Shown here: positions 11,141-24,637 of the stretch, piece by piece | Layout: every line of letters begins with the position of its first letter | How positions within the stretch are numbered: the stretch's first letter is position 1 | NCBI RefSeq assembly: GCF_963921235.1 | Contig: NC_086097.1 | Location: forward strand, 97,466,001 to 97,530,000 | Origin: Mobula hypostoma | Lineage: Eukaryota | DNA length: 64,000 bases | Direction: 5' to 3' | The notes under the pieces: model-generated | The model's database searches: none | Seen by the model: the letters and a program-made list of their open reading frames with translations, nothing else | Told to the model about the DNA's origin: nothing | Program-made: the position numbers and the translations under genes

Positions 11141-11740
11141 CAGCTCTGTTCTGGTTAATGTGAGTGCTCAGAGTAGAACAATGACTGCTGTAGAAACTGT
11201 AAATATCACACTGGTATTTGGAATGGACGTTCAAATATTCAAAGCTAGGGGCAGCCCACTCAGTCTCTGATCCAACAGTGCTTGCTGCCGATAGTATCGA
11301 CTCAAACTCTCTTCGGCGAAAGGCAACTCATTCATATCTTGACCTTTGTTCTCCCTGCAGTTTGCATTGGAATTTTTGCAGGAAGTTACATTTATATTTC
11401 TCATTCATCCTTTCTTATGATGTAAAATGTCATTAGGGCCAGCAAGACAACACTGACTCTGAGAGCAATCCTATCAATCCCAATTGGCCATTCATTTCAC
11501 ATAGTCACCAGCTTCAGCCTGGTGCTGCAGTTCTCAAGGTGATTCTCAGTAGCCGGTTTATCTTTCAACTGTGTGAGGCAAAACCTCACTCCATCATGAG
11601 GGGAACATACAGAGTCCACATAGCCAGCACCAGAGGTCAGGACTGCACCTGGGCATTTGGAGATGTGCTGCACCACTTTCGTTGGGTTGTTATAACTTCG
11701 TTAACTTTATGTCTATATGTTCTCACCTAAGTTTAAATGT

Positions 11741-12545
11741 TCACCCAGGGTTCTGAAAGAGGTGGCTGAAGAGAGACTGGAGGCCTTAGTAGTCATCTTT
11801 CAAGAATCAATCGATTCTGGAGTGGTTCTGGATGACTGGAAAAAATTGAAGAATGAAGGGAGATCTCATGCCATCAGGTTGGAGGCTACCCAGATGGCAT
11901 CAGTAGGTCCAAACTTGGAGTCCTGAAAATGGAGCTGGAAGCCATGTGGAGCAAGATGGTGGTGAAGCCAAGTTCCCAGGAAGGATACGTAGCTGAGGTA
12001 GCAGGTCTGGGACAGCACGTGGCCAAGGAGTTGGAAGGCAACAGAGATCAAAGATTGGGAGCAGTGAGAGAGGGTGTCGCTGAACTCCCGGTGAAGAGAA
12101 GACTTAAACAACTTCAGGGTAGGCATCCTTCAAAGAGACTTTGTATTGGAGCACCAAATCAAAAATGCAAAAAATTCTGCAGATTCTGGAAATCCAAAGC
12201 AACGTACACACAAAACGCTGGGGGAACTCAGCAGGTCAGGCAACATATTTAAAGGGAAATGAACAAACAGTTAATATTGATCTTTGAAGAATCATTAGAT
12301 TTTGGAATGGTTCCTGAGAAATGAAAAATTGCAAATGTCACTGTACTCTTTAAGAAGGTAGTGAGGCAGAAGAAAGGAAATTATAGGCCAGCTAGCCTGA
12401 TTTCAGAGGTAGGGAAGATGTTGGAGTCCATTATTAAGGATGAAATCACAGGGAGAAGGCAGCAGAATGGGGTTGAGAGGGATAATAAATCAGCTGTGAT
12501 GAAATGGTGGACCAGAGTTGATGGGCCAACTGGCCTAATTCTTCT
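11741..12545 (+). mobile_element. Old CR1 fragments interrupted by minus-strand Penelope-derived pieces
   Basis: PRVLKEVA and GNYRPASL motifs. ~11860-12275 resembles the reverse complement of Penelope 3' sequence. Confidence 0.6.
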
Positions 12546-13574
12546 CATATGACTTAGGTGGGGCTCAAGTCACTTGGAGGTCAGGTCATGTTAGCAGCAG
12601 GTGTCCTCCTCTTCAGGACACTGGTGAACCAGACAACAATGGTACTTGTGGTTGTTATGAGACCCTTCAGTTTTTGAAGTTGAACATCACCATCTGCCAT
12701 GGTGGGATTTGAACCTAAGTCCACATGACTTTGCCCTGTGTATCTAGGTTATTCATCCAGTGACAGTACCACTGCAGAGCCATCTCCCCTTTCAAGTTTT
12801 CAACCTTCTGCTCTGGTCCATGCATAGCTTGATTTATTGGTGCCTTCTCCAGTTATGGTCATGCTTCACCATGTTCAGCCAGGTGGAGCAGCTGTCTTGG
12901 CTCTGAACACAGTGCAGTGACGATCGTGCCAGGCACTGATCAGTGGTCTTCCTGCATCCTGTGCTGTAACGCCAGGTACAAAGCACTCTTCACTTAACAG
13001 CATAAAATGGAATGGGGTTGGGCATTCTAGTGTAACATCTAAGTCTGAAACTCAACTGGGTTTAGGAGTTTATAAGCGGAAAGGAGTCATCTGTGTCCTC
13101 TCCCCACAAATATACTGTATTATTGATTCATTATTGGTGTTATCACCTTTGAGACTAAGATCGTCTAAGTTCCTACTTTAGAATGCAGAAGAAGTTTTTC
13201 ACTGATGATGAACGTTCACTCAAGTTCTTGCTTTGGAGATTCAGCTTCAAGGACAACACATTATCAGCTGTCTGAGTGTCATCTGTCACTTATTCAGGAC
13301 CAATGTCCAAACCTATTTGCGGGGGGGCATCTACATGTGGGGAGTTACTGGCTAAAAGGCTTTGATATTCATAAGGAGAAGTCTCCAGAAGGCTAATATC
13401 ACAGTGGTCAATACATATTAAGGAAATGTGCTGGTATGCAAACACTTCTCACTTTCTTTTACCGCATAAGCCTTTATTTCAATCATGTATAGTTGAATGA
13501 CAATTAAACTTGAACTGGAATTTAGCACTCTAGTTTTAAAGTTTATAGTTCGGTGACTGTAATACAACATCTAA

Positions 13575-13800
13575 AATCTTGCCTGACAAATCCATTGGGA
13601 TCCTTTGAAGAAATAGCGAGCAGGAAAAGCAAAGCAGAATCTGTGGATGTTGTGTCCCTGGATTTTCAGAAGGCCTTTAACAAGATGCCCCACTTGAGGC
13701 TGCCCGGCAACAAAAGAGCCTCTGTTACTACACGTGAGATACCTGCATGAGTACAAGATTGGCTGTCTGGCAGGAGACGACAAGTGGGAATAAGGGGAGC
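13575..13800 (+). mobile_element. Old CR1 RT fragment
   Basis: KSCLTN...VDVVSLDFQKAFNKMPH. Confidence 0.75.
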
Positions 13801-13809
13801 TTTATCTGA

Positions 13810-14765
13810 TTTTTATAAATGACCTGGATGAAGAGGTGGAAGGATGGGTGAGTAAGTTTGCGGATGACACGAAGATTGGAGGAGTTGTGGATGGAGCTGT
13901 AGGTTGTCAGAGGTTACAAGAGGATATAGACAGGATGCAGAGTTGGGCAGAAAAGTGGCAGATGGAGTTCAATCCAGATAAGTGTGAGGTGATGCGTTTT
14001 GGAAGGACAAACCAGAAGGCTGAGTACAGGGTTAATGGTCGGTTACTTAAGAGTGTGGATGAACAGAGGAACCTTGGGGTTCAAATCCATACATCCCTCA
14101 AGGTCGCTGCACAGGTTGATAGGATAGTTAAGAAGGCCTATGGGATGCTAGGCTTCATTTATAGCGGGATTGAGTTCAAGAGTAGAGAGGTCATGTTGCA
14201 ACTCTACAAATCTCTGGTGAGACCACACTTAGAGTATTGTGTTCAGTTCTGGTCACCTCATTATAGGAAGGATATGGAAGCTATGGAGAGGGTGCAGAGG
14301 AGATTTACCAGGATGTTGGCTGTATTGGAAAACAAGTCTTATGAGGCAAGGTTAGCAGAGCTGGGACTTCTCTCTTTGGAGCGTGGAAGGATGAGCGGGG
14401 ACTTGATAGAGGTCTACAAGATTATGAGTGACATAGATAAGGTGGATAGCCAGTACCTGTTTCCCAGGGCACGAATAGCAAACACCAGAGGGCATATGTA
14501 CAAAGTTAAGGGAGGGAAGTTTAGGGGAGATATCAAGGGTAAGTTATTTTACACAGAGGGTTGTGGGTGCCTAGAATGACTTGCCAGGGATGGTGGTGGA
14601 GGCTAAAACATTAGGGGTATTTAAGAGCCTCTTGGACAGGCACATGGATGGAAGAAAAATAGAGGGTTAAGGGGTGGTGTGGGTTTTTTTTTTAAGGAAT
14701 ATATGGGTCGGCACAACATCGAGGGCCGAAGGACCTGTACTGTATTCGAGTGTCTTCTAGTGTCT
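13810..14765 (+). mobile_element. 5'-truncated CR1 LINE (RT C-terminal half and 3' UTR)
   Basis: ORF 13836-14579: SKFADDTK...LVRPHLEYCVQFWSP; CR1-type 3' end GGGCCGAAGGACCTGTACTG. Confidence 0.92.
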
Positions 14766-17040
14766 ATTGGCTGGGGAAAAGACGATGTGTTATCACCATG
14801 TCAATGCCCTTTGTGATCTTAAACGCCTACGTCAGGTCACCCTCAATCTCTTATGTTTCAGGAGATAAAGTCCTAGTCTACACAACCTCTCCTTGTAAGT
14901 GAGGCCCCAAGTTCAGGCAACATCTTGGTAAATCTTATCTGCATTCTTTCTAGTCTTAATAACATCTGCCCCATACTAGGGTGATCAAAACTATAAACAA
15001 CATTGAATGGAACAAAGTAGCAGAGAAGAACTGAAAATAAATCTGGGAGTTCTTTATAGGGTAGTGGTTGAAATATTGGGAATGACATAAACTAGGAATT
15101 AGAGACAAATTAATAAACTGCAGTGTGATATGGAAAATGGAAAAACATTGTAATCAATTTCAAATAATGGTATTATACATCCTATTTAGTTTATTATCAC
15201 TTTAATATGTGCAACTAATATTGGTTAAAAACAACTATGGTAATGGTTAATGTGTTCACAAACTTAATTAAAGCTTGTTTGCTGTGATGGTTTGTCATGT
15301 GATGAAGTTATTAATTAAGATCTACAATGAAAGACAAGCCTTATTCTGTTTGGATTTGTGGGCCCAATGCACAATGTCTCTAAAATACAAATGGAGCATC
15401 AAGAAGAAAGTGAAACATGGTCCATCCTCTTACGTCTCCATGATCTGTGATCCCTCAGTGCTGGTGAGAGCACTCTGCAATATTTTGTGCATTATTGCTC
15501 ACTACACTACAGGAGGGAAGTGATTAAGATGTGGGAGGCTAGAAAAGAAATGCAGGAGCAATGCTGAGATATTTGCATCCTTGTTAGTGATGGAAAACTG
15601 GAAGGCAGTGAAAGCCATGCCATTATTTCAGAAGAACAGCAAAGAAAAATATTGGAACTACAGACCAGTAAGTCAATGGTGGGGTGGAGAAGATTCTGAG
15701 GAATAAGATATATGCATATCTGGAGAAACAGGGGTTGCTTGGAGGTAGTCAGCAGAGCTTTGTGCATGGAAAATAATGTATTATGAACTAGATTGAGTTT
15801 TTCATGAAGTGACTGAGTGATTTTGTTGCCTAAATGGAATATTTTTCTTTGTAGCTCGCTTATTATTTACTTCAATGTTGGCAATTTTTCACCATACTTT
15901 ATACAATTCTGAAGAATCAATCACATCCAATTTACCCCTCTTAATTTTCTTTGTTTAGATTTGGGAGTCTGATTTTCATCCCAGTTGCAAATTATCATCA
16001 TCCTCTGGTCATTGTTCCCTAAAAGACCCCTTTATAGCATGTTTATTGACTTTTCTTCATTGCACAAATTCTCAAATATTGTTTTCCCCTCATTTTGCTG
16101 ATCTGTAAATTCATGTCATCTTCACCTTGTTTTGGGCCTGGGAAGGATCCTCTGAGATGCTGAAGCTGATTGCTCTTTCCACCTCTGACCTCACAATGAG
16201 GACTGCTGTGTTACCATTCCTGGTTTTGTTTTCTCATCTATCCTAGGTAATGTTTTTTTCAAAACTCTGAACAACTTCCATCTCGTTTTGTATTGTTTGG
16301 AATTCATTGTGCAATTTTACTCCAAAGTTGAACGCACTCTTTCAGGAGTCATTTCTCAGTTTTCTTTGGAACACCCATTTGGGGTTTTAGTAAGAGCCAA
16401 CATGGCAAGTTCTGCATTGATAAGTGATTCCTCAGCTGCTCCACTTGATAAATTCACATCATTTTGTCCGTCTTGAACTGTTACATCCAGCTGGTCACTC
16501 TGGACAAATTCGGGAGTTGTAGACTTAGCCGGCACCATTGTGAGTGCAGACCCCACACCACTGAGAACATCTTCAAGAGGCAATGCTTCAAGAAGATGGC
16601 ATCCATCACTAAGGATCTCCACTATCCAAGGCATGCCCTCTTCTCATTACTACCATCGAGGTGGAAACCCATGCTCAATGATGTATGAACGGCTTCTTCC
16701 CTTCTGCCATCAGATTAAAAGTTTGCTTGGTATTGTGATTTGTCACAGGATGGGAAGTTGTTGGATCATGTGTATACAAGATTTCCACTGGTTGAGTGCA
16801 CTTCACCTTTGGACTGAGTAATGCCAAGGGACAGAAAATCCTTTTACATTTGCTATTGCCAAGTGTTCAGAAGAGCAGAAGGAATGTGAGATTACTTTTT
16901 TGCTTAAACTAGGATTAATTGAGCTATTTCCCTTTTGAACAATGGTCACCAGAAGGTTCTACTAGCAGGAAATTTGAAAGCTGTTTATTTTAGTAGAACA
17001 AACTCTTCTCTTCTGTTCGATTACTAAATGCTGATTGGAT

Positions 17041-18700
17041 CAAAGTTCAAAGTAACTTTATTACCAAAGTACGTATATGTCACCATATACAAGCCCGAGA
17101 TTTATTTTACCTGCAGGCATACTCAGAAAATCCAAGAATCAATGAAATAGAAACAGCAGAACGGACAAGAGACTGTGCAAATACAAAAGAAAAAAAAATA
17201 GTAATAATAAATAAATAAGCAAAAAATATGAAGAACATAAAATGAAGAGTCCTTGAAAGTGAGGCCATGGGTTCCTGAACCCACTGCTGAGGGTCCCCGA
17301 GGCTCCTGAACCTTCCTCCTGATGGTTGAGGGGTTCCTGAACCTTCCTCCTGATGGTTGAGGGGTTCCTGAACCTGGTGCTGAGGGCCCCGAGGCTCCTG
17401 AACCTTCCTCCTGATGGTTGAGGAGTTCCTGAACCCAGTGCTGAGGGTCCCAAGGCTCCTGAACCTTCCTCCTGATGGCAGCATTAGGAAGAGAGTAAGG
17501 CAGGCGTGGCGGGGGCCCTTGACGATGGAAGCAACTTTCCCACGACAGTGCTTTGTATAGATGTGCTCCATAGTGGGGGCGGGGGGAGCTTTTCCTGTGA
17601 TTGACAACTGTCTGTAGGATTTTCCATTCAAGGGCATTGGCATTTCCATACCAGGCCATGAAGCAATATATAATAGAAGTTTCTCAAAGTTTTAGATGTC
17701 AGACTCCTAGGGAAGTAGAGGTGCTGCTGTGCTTTCTTCATGATTGTACCTACGTGCTGGGCCCAGGACAGTTCCCCTGAACTGATAACACCGAGGAATT
17801 TAAAGTTGCTGACCCTCTCCACCTCTGGTCCCCCAATGAGGACTGGCTCATGGACCTCCGATTTCCTTCTCCTGAAGTCAATGATCAGCTCATTGCTCTT
17901 CCTGACATTGAGTGAGAGGCTGTTGTTATGGCACCACTCAGCCAGATTTTCAATCTCTCTCCTATATGCTGATTCATCACCACCTTTGATTCAGCCGATG
18001 TCAGACATATCATCAGCAATCTTAAATATGGCATTGGAACCATGCTTATCCTCACAGTCATAGGCAGCTAAGTACACAGGCTTGTGGTGCACCCGTGCTG
18101 ATGGAGATTGTGGAGGAGATGCTCTTGCCAATCTGAACTGACTGGGGTCTGCAAGTGAGGAAATTGAGGATCCAGTTGCACAAAGGAGTATTGAGGCTTA
18201 GGTCTTGGAGCTTATAGATTAGTTTTGAGGCGATGGTAGTACTGAATGCTGAGCTGCAGCCGATAAAGAGCATCCAGTTGTTCCAGGGTTGAGTGAAGAG
18301 CCATTGGGATGGCATCTGCTGTGGATGTTTTGAGCTGGTAGGCAATTTGGAGCGGATCCAAGTCGCTTCTCAGGCAGGAGTTGACATGTTTCATCACCAA
18401 CCTCTCAAAACACTAAATCACTGTGGGTCACTGAGGTAGGTCACCACGTTCTTCTTAGGCACCGGTGTAAGTAAAGCCTGCTTGAAGCAGGTGGGTACCT
18501 CAGACAGCCGAAGCGAGAGGTTAAAGATGTCGGTAAGCACACCAGCTAGTTGATCAGCACTTTAGTACCTGGCCTGGTATCCCGCCTGGGCCAGATCCTT
18601 TCCATGAGTTCAGCCTCCTGAAGGATGCTGTCACATCAGCCTCAGCGACTGAAATCACAGGGTCATCGGGGACTGTGGGAGCCTGTGAAGGTCCCTCCAT
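17041..18700 (-). mobile_element. Rex1/Babar-like LINE, degenerate
   Basis: [33 protein letters not shown] and LPSGGRFRS motifs in broken frames; TTTGAAC-type tail at ~17041. Confidence 0.85.
17269..17478. repeat. Imperfect tandem duplication (~60-bp units plus a ~29-bp partial)
   Basis: Recurring GTTCCTGAACC...CTGAGGG...GGCTCCTGAACCTTCCTCCTGATGG. Confidence 0.85.
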
Positions 18701-19349
18701 GCTTATGATCAGAATCATAACATAATTAAACAGCACTTTGCGTCAGAGGTAAGCATAGTCATGGCAAACTTTAATTTACATACAGGCTAGACAAGTCAAA
18801 TTAGTGAAACAAGGTGGACATGAATTTACAGGTCAGCAAGTTGAGAAGCCAACTAATTAAAGCAATATTTCAGATTGTATGCAGTGAAAAAAGGTTAAAA
18901 AAACATGTTGCAAACAGGCTTTTTAAGGAACAACAACCAATGGATGATAACAATTTGCACTGAGATCAAAACTGTCAAATCTAAACAAAGACAATTAGGA
19001 GGGGTGAAATGGATGTGATTATTTCTTCAGAACTGCAAAAGATGTGGTGACAGCCAATGGCTAACATTAAAGGAAATAATAGAGTTGCAAAGCAAAATAT
19101 TTCATTTAAGTTCTGGTTCAAGTTTATTGTCATCTGAATCAAAGTTCAAAGTACATTTATTATCAAAGTATGTATAAATTGTACAACGTTGAAATTCGTC
19201 TCCTTACAGGCAGCCCAAAATAAGAAAACCGAAAGAACCCATTTTTAAAAAAGGCCAGCAAGCATCCAATGCACTGAGGAAGGAAAAAAACACAAATTGT
19301 GCAAACAGTAAAAGCAAGCAACAGCATTCAGGATGAAAGTGAGTCTATA

Positions 19350-19483
19350 GACACGAAGCCCCGAGCAGCCGGAGCAGGACACAGCCTCTGCCTCAGTTCA
19401 TCACACAGCAGAACAAAACGTCGTGAAACTTGCAGAGACGAAGCCCCGAGCAGCCGGAGCAGGACACAGCCTCTGCCTCAGTT
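19350..19483. repeat. ~50-bp direct repeat within a minus-strand retroposon remnant
   Basis: ACGAAGCCCCGAGCAGCCGGAGCAGGACACAGCCTCTGCCTCAGTTC occurs twice. Confidence 0.85.
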
Positions 19484-20135
19484 CCGTGGAGAGCAGAGTA
19501 AATATAGCAGAGCGGCGAGCAGAACTGGTGGAACCTCATCTCCAGACACGACACCTTTCCTTCTCAATCCATCCAGCCCGTCGTTTAAATCATCCAAATA
19601 TCGGGTTGTTCCTCACTCTGCCGCATTGATGTGCTCTGGGCCTGGAGCCCACCACCACCCTTCAGCCCATATCTGACCTCTCCAAACCGACCCAGTGCTT
19701 AGACTGTAAATAGCGTGTATAAAAGCTAAGAATACAATGTTCCTCTGGGCCACGGTGCACCCACAGATTACAGATCACAGACAGCGCTCAAAACAAATAA
19801 GTTAATAAAAAATAATCCAAAGTGCATCTGGTGTGCAGCACAGGTAAACAGTAAACAGCTCACTGTCCCAGTGATGAGACCTCAGTGCTGGTAAGGTATT
19901 CATTAGTCTCACAGCCAGGGGAAGAAGCTGTTACCCAGTCTTGTAGTCCTGGACCTCATGCTCCTAAATCTCCTTACTAAAGGTAGTAGTTCAAAGAGAT
20001 TGTGGATGAGTGGCAGGAATCCTCAATATATGTAATGGGCCTTATGTACACAAAGAAGAAAGTAGATAACAAATCAAAGGAGGCTGGGCAAGCTGCCAGA
20101 AATAGTAGCACTTGAATATTAGGAACCTTTTAGAG

Positions 20136-21822
20136 CAGGGTTTGGCAACCTTTTTGCCTCTGGGGGCCGGATCACGTATTAATGAGCGGACGGTGGGCCA
20201 GATAAACGCCATAAAAAACTTGAAAAATGGGAATTGTCCATTTAAATACATCTAGTTATGTTTTGCCTCAAATTAATGAATAACACATGCTAGAAAATCA
20301 TTTGTGCTTGATCAAGAATGCCAATTAGTAATCAAAGAACTCAGTTTAGTTGCAATTTATTTCAATCAAGGCATCTTTAGAATCTATTAAAACAACACAA
20401 AGAGTCTTTAAATATAAAACATATGAACATGATGCATTGAATGGTGGTAAATTAAGTATAATAAAAAAGAAAATTTTGATGCAAACAGTCGATAAATCAA
20501 TGTGAAACTTGCTGTTTGTTGTCAGACTTGTTGATGCCAAGAGCAAGACATTATCCAGATGGGCATCAGTCAATCTTGTTCTCAAATAGTTCTTGGTGTG
20601 CTTCATTTTTGAAAATAATTGGTCACACAGATTCGTGCTGCCAAACAATGATGCCATCTTTTTTGCATGGTCCACTAAGTTAGGATACTTCCCACTTGGA
20701 TGAATATAATTACTACAGAAGTCAAGCACTGACACATCTTCAGAATTAAATTTCGATCTCAATACGATGTCTCGCTGCATCTCAATCAATTCCATTTGAA
20801 AAATTTCTGATGCAGTGTCCACTTCCACATCTAATGGAGTAGCAAACAGCTTGAACTCATTTACATGCAAGCGAAAATCAGCAAAACAAGATGAAAACTC
20901 TTTTCTCAATTCTTGGACCATATTCACAAAAATGCCTGGATCTTGTACTTTACTTTTTTGAAAAGTGGGAAAATGTGCACAATTTCCTTTTTGAAGCTGG
21001 TACTCCCACAATTGCAACTTCCTTTCAAAGGCCACAATGTGACCATACATCTCATGATGTATCAGCTGATCTTTTCCTTGAAGTTGTTTTGAGACTTCGT
21101 AGCTGGCACGGGTGTTTCCTTCATTGTCACTGCTTTTCTTGGCAAAAAAACGATGTTTGTCTTCTGAAACTAGCCTTCATTCGCTCAACTTCATCTTTCC
21201 TTGCTTGTTCAATAAACTTGTTAAAATTTCCACTATGGCGGGTCTTGTAATGTCGCCTGATATTTGCCACCTTCTTCACAGCAACATTTTCTAGGCAAGT
21301 GAGACAAACTGGTTTTCCAGCTTGCTTGATGAAAAAGTAATCTGGTGTCCAAGTGTCTTGGAAATTTCGGCCCTCAGTGTCTACCTTCCTGCATTTTGCA
21401 TTCATTGCCATTGGAATTTTTTTCTTCGATTTTATTTCGAAACACGAATTATTTCAACGAGTATCATAGCACATGTAAATATCGGGATATTTAGCGTGGA
21501 TTTCTTGTTAAAACACAGTGACGCTGTTTCTGTTTACAAATTTGAACGATCCCATCTGAAAACCTGTGTGTGCACGGAGAGTATCTAATTAATACATATT
21601 AATCAGATAATCTGCCTTCCCGTCATTGGTATATACCAGTGTTTGGTTTGGAACAAAACGGAACCTGGGGCCAGTGTAACAAGATACCATGCATTTCCAT
21701 CAGTGTGGTCGCGTGAAACACTCAGAATAAGGAAAAATTGATCGCGGGCCGGATAAGCATAGTATCCGAATATTTGCTCGTGGGCCGGATCTGGCCCTTG
21801 GGCCGTAGGTTGCCTACCCCTG
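20136..21822 (-). mobile_element. hAT DNA transposon (Buster/Charlie, SPIN/GTF2IRD2-like), internally deleted
   Basis: TIRs CAGGGTTTGGCAACCT / AGGTTGCCTACCCCTG and perfect 8-bp TSD TTTTAGAG. Transposase N-terminus (KPVCLTC...IRRHYKTRH) and C-terminus (FGSTNLCDQLFSKMK...RTRLTD) present; central region absent. Confidence 0.93.
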
Positions 21823-22305
21823 TTTTAGAGCCTTGTATGATAGAACCAAAACAAAAATGATAAAGGAAGACATGAAGGTAACCTGTCAAGAAACATAAAA
21901 CAGGATGTAAAAAGGGGAAAACAGTGAGAGCAAATGCAGCTGGAAAAGAGTTTATAATGGAGTATGAAAAATTCAACAAAAACTCTCTTCAAGAAAGATA
22001 CAAAAGATAATTGTCAGAAATATTAGCGGATCAAGCGTCTAATGAGATTGAGAAGCTGTAGGAAGTTAGGACTGGTATTGGACTGGGAAGGTTTGACCCT
22101 AGAAGCTGAATTCCAAAAGGGTATAATCCCACAGTTTTGAAAGTGCTGGCAGTAAAGACGATAGATACATCAGACAAAATCTTTCTAGATTCTATATATT
22201 CTGGAATAGCTCCTGTAGGTTGGAGGGTAGAAAATTTAACCACGCTATTTAAGAAAGATGGGCAAGGCAAAACTGGAAACTTGACTGGATAGCCAAACAT
22301 CAGCA

Positions 22306-24169
22306 AACAAGACAAAAACTGCAGATGCTGGAAATCCAAGCAACACACACGAAATGCTGGAGGAACTCAACAGGCCAGGCAGCATCTACGGAAAAAAGTA
22401 CAGTCGACATTTCAGGCTGAGACCCTTCGGCAGGACTGGAGAAAAAAAGCAGAAGAGTAGATTCGAAAGGTGGGGGAGGGGAGAGAGAAACACAAGGTAA
22501 TAAGTGAAACCTGGAGGAGGGGCAGGGGGAGGGAATGAACTAAAGAGCCGGGAAGTTAATTGGTGAAAGAGACAGAAGACCATGGAAGAAAGGCAAGAGG
22601 GTGGGGGAGGAGCACCAGAGGGAGCCGATGGGCAGGCAAGGAGAAAAGGTGAGAGAGGAAGAAGGGATAGGAAATGGTGAAGGAGAGGGGGGTGGGGCAT
22701 TACCAGAAGTTTGAGAAATCGATGTTCATGCCATCAGGCTAGAAGCTACCCAAATGGAATATAAGGTGTTGTCCCTCCAACCTAAGTGTGGCCTCATCAC
22801 GACAGCCGGAATAAACGGGAAGTGGAAATAAATTGGGTGGCCACTGGGAGATCCCGCTTGTTCTGGTTCGTGGAGCGTAGATGCTCAGTGAGGTGGTCTC
22901 TCAATCTACGTCGGGTCTCACTGATTTATAGGAGGCCACACCAGAATCACCAGACACTGTAGATGACTCCAACAGACTCACAGGTGAAGTGTCGCCTCAC
23001 CTGGAAGGACTGTTTAGGGCCCTGAATGGTGGTGTGGGAGATGGTGCAAGGGCAGGGCAGATGTAGCACTTGTCCCGCTTGCAAGGATAAGTGCCAGGAG
23101 GGAGATTAGTGGGGAGGGACGAATGAACAAGGGAGTTAATCAGGGAGGGATTTCTGCAGAAAGCAGAAAATTGGGGAGGGGCAGGGAAAGATGTGTTTGG
23201 TTGGAGGGATCCTGTTGCTGGTGGCAGAAGTTACAGAGAATTACATGCTGGACACAGAGGCTGGTGGGGTGGTAGGTGAGGACAAGAGGAAGCCTATCCC
23301 CTTTAGGGTGGCAGGAGGATGGGGTAAGAGCAGACATGGAAGAGACGCGGATGAGGGCAGCGTTGATGGTGGAGGAAGGGAAGCCCCTTTCTTTGAAAAA
23401 GGAGGACATCTCCTTTGTTCTGGAATGGAAAGCCTCATCCTGAGAGCAGATGCAGTAGAGATGGAGGAATTGAGAGAAGGGGATGGTGTTTTTACAAATA
23501 ACAGGGTGGAAGAGGTATAGTCCAGGTAGCTGTGATAGACTGTGGCTTATAATAGACATCAGTGGGTAAGCTGTCTTCGGACAAAGAGACAGTGAAGTTG
23601 AGAAAGGAGGGGAAGTGTTAGAAATTGATCAGGTGAATTTTGAGGGCAGGGTGGAATTTGGAGGCAAAGCGGATGAAGTCGACGAGTTCAGCACAGATGC
23701 AGAAAGCAGCACTAATGTAGTCGTCAATGTAGCATAGGAAAAGTGTGGGACGGTCACCAGTGTAGGCTTGGAACATAGACTGTTCCATGTAGCCGACAAA
23801 CAGGCATAGCTGGGACGCATGCAAGTGCCTATGGCTACCCCTTTTGTTTGAAGGAAATGGAAGGAACCAAAGGAGAAATTATCCAGAGTGCAAACAACTG
23901 TCACTAGACAGAGCACAGTGGTGGTGGAGGGAAACTGGCTAGGTCTGGTACAAAACGGAGAGTTTGAGGCCTTCCTGGTGGGGGGGAGGGGATGGAGGTG
24001 CATAGGGACTGGACATCCATAGTAAAAATAAGATGATGGGAGCCAGGGAACCTGAAATCCTAAAAAAGATCCAGAAGGTGTGAAGTGTCACAGGTGTAGG
24101 TAGGAAGGGACTGAACTGGGGAGGATAAAACAGAGTCAAGGTACGCAGATATGAGTTCAGTCATCAGTT
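22306..24169 (-). mobile_element. Penelope-like element
   Basis: YIDDY RT motif, GIY-YIG region, pLTR with a mutated hammerhead at 22401-22438. 13-bp TSD CCAAACATCAGCA at 22293-22305 and 24170-24182. Confidence 0.92.
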
Positions 24170-24637
24170 CCAAACATCAGCAGCAGGGTACTAATATCTA
24201 CAATAAAACATCCAGTACAGTAACAGAACATCTTGAAGTATAATGAGGTCAGCATGAATTTATGAAAGGAAAATACCATTTGACTGACTTTTTGAGATCA
24301 TGTTGAGGTGGGGATGAGCCGAGTAAACGTGATGTATTTGGACTTTTTGGAATGCTTTCTGCATGTTCCACACAGACGTCTGTGCATGTTCCACACAGAC
24401 GGCTGATCATGTTCCACACAGACGGCTGATCATCAGGGCTGCAGCGGTTAGAATTGGAATGTACTGGTATGGATTGAGATGGTTACTGTACAGAATGCAA
24501 AGAGTGGGAATAAATTAATCATTCTCAGGATGGAAAAATGTGATGGATGGTGTTATGCTTTGCCCCATTTATTCCAACTTCTATTAATGATGTGGCTGAG
24601 GGAATCATATCATATTTCTGTTTGCTGATGATACAAA

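Noticed and set aside
17107..17659. Overlapping 104-180 aa repetitive ORFs
   Set aside because: By-products of a tandem duplication in a LINE remnant.
20346..21411. Domesticated GTF2IRD2/ZBED-like host gene
   Set aside because: Bounded by TIRs and a TSD, with the central transposase region deleted and frames broken.
24355..24435. Three ~22-24 bp direct repeats (CATGTTCCACACAGACG) as a CRISPR-like array
   Set aside because: No unique spacers, eukaryotic context, and located within a CR1 remnant; a simple tandem duplication.
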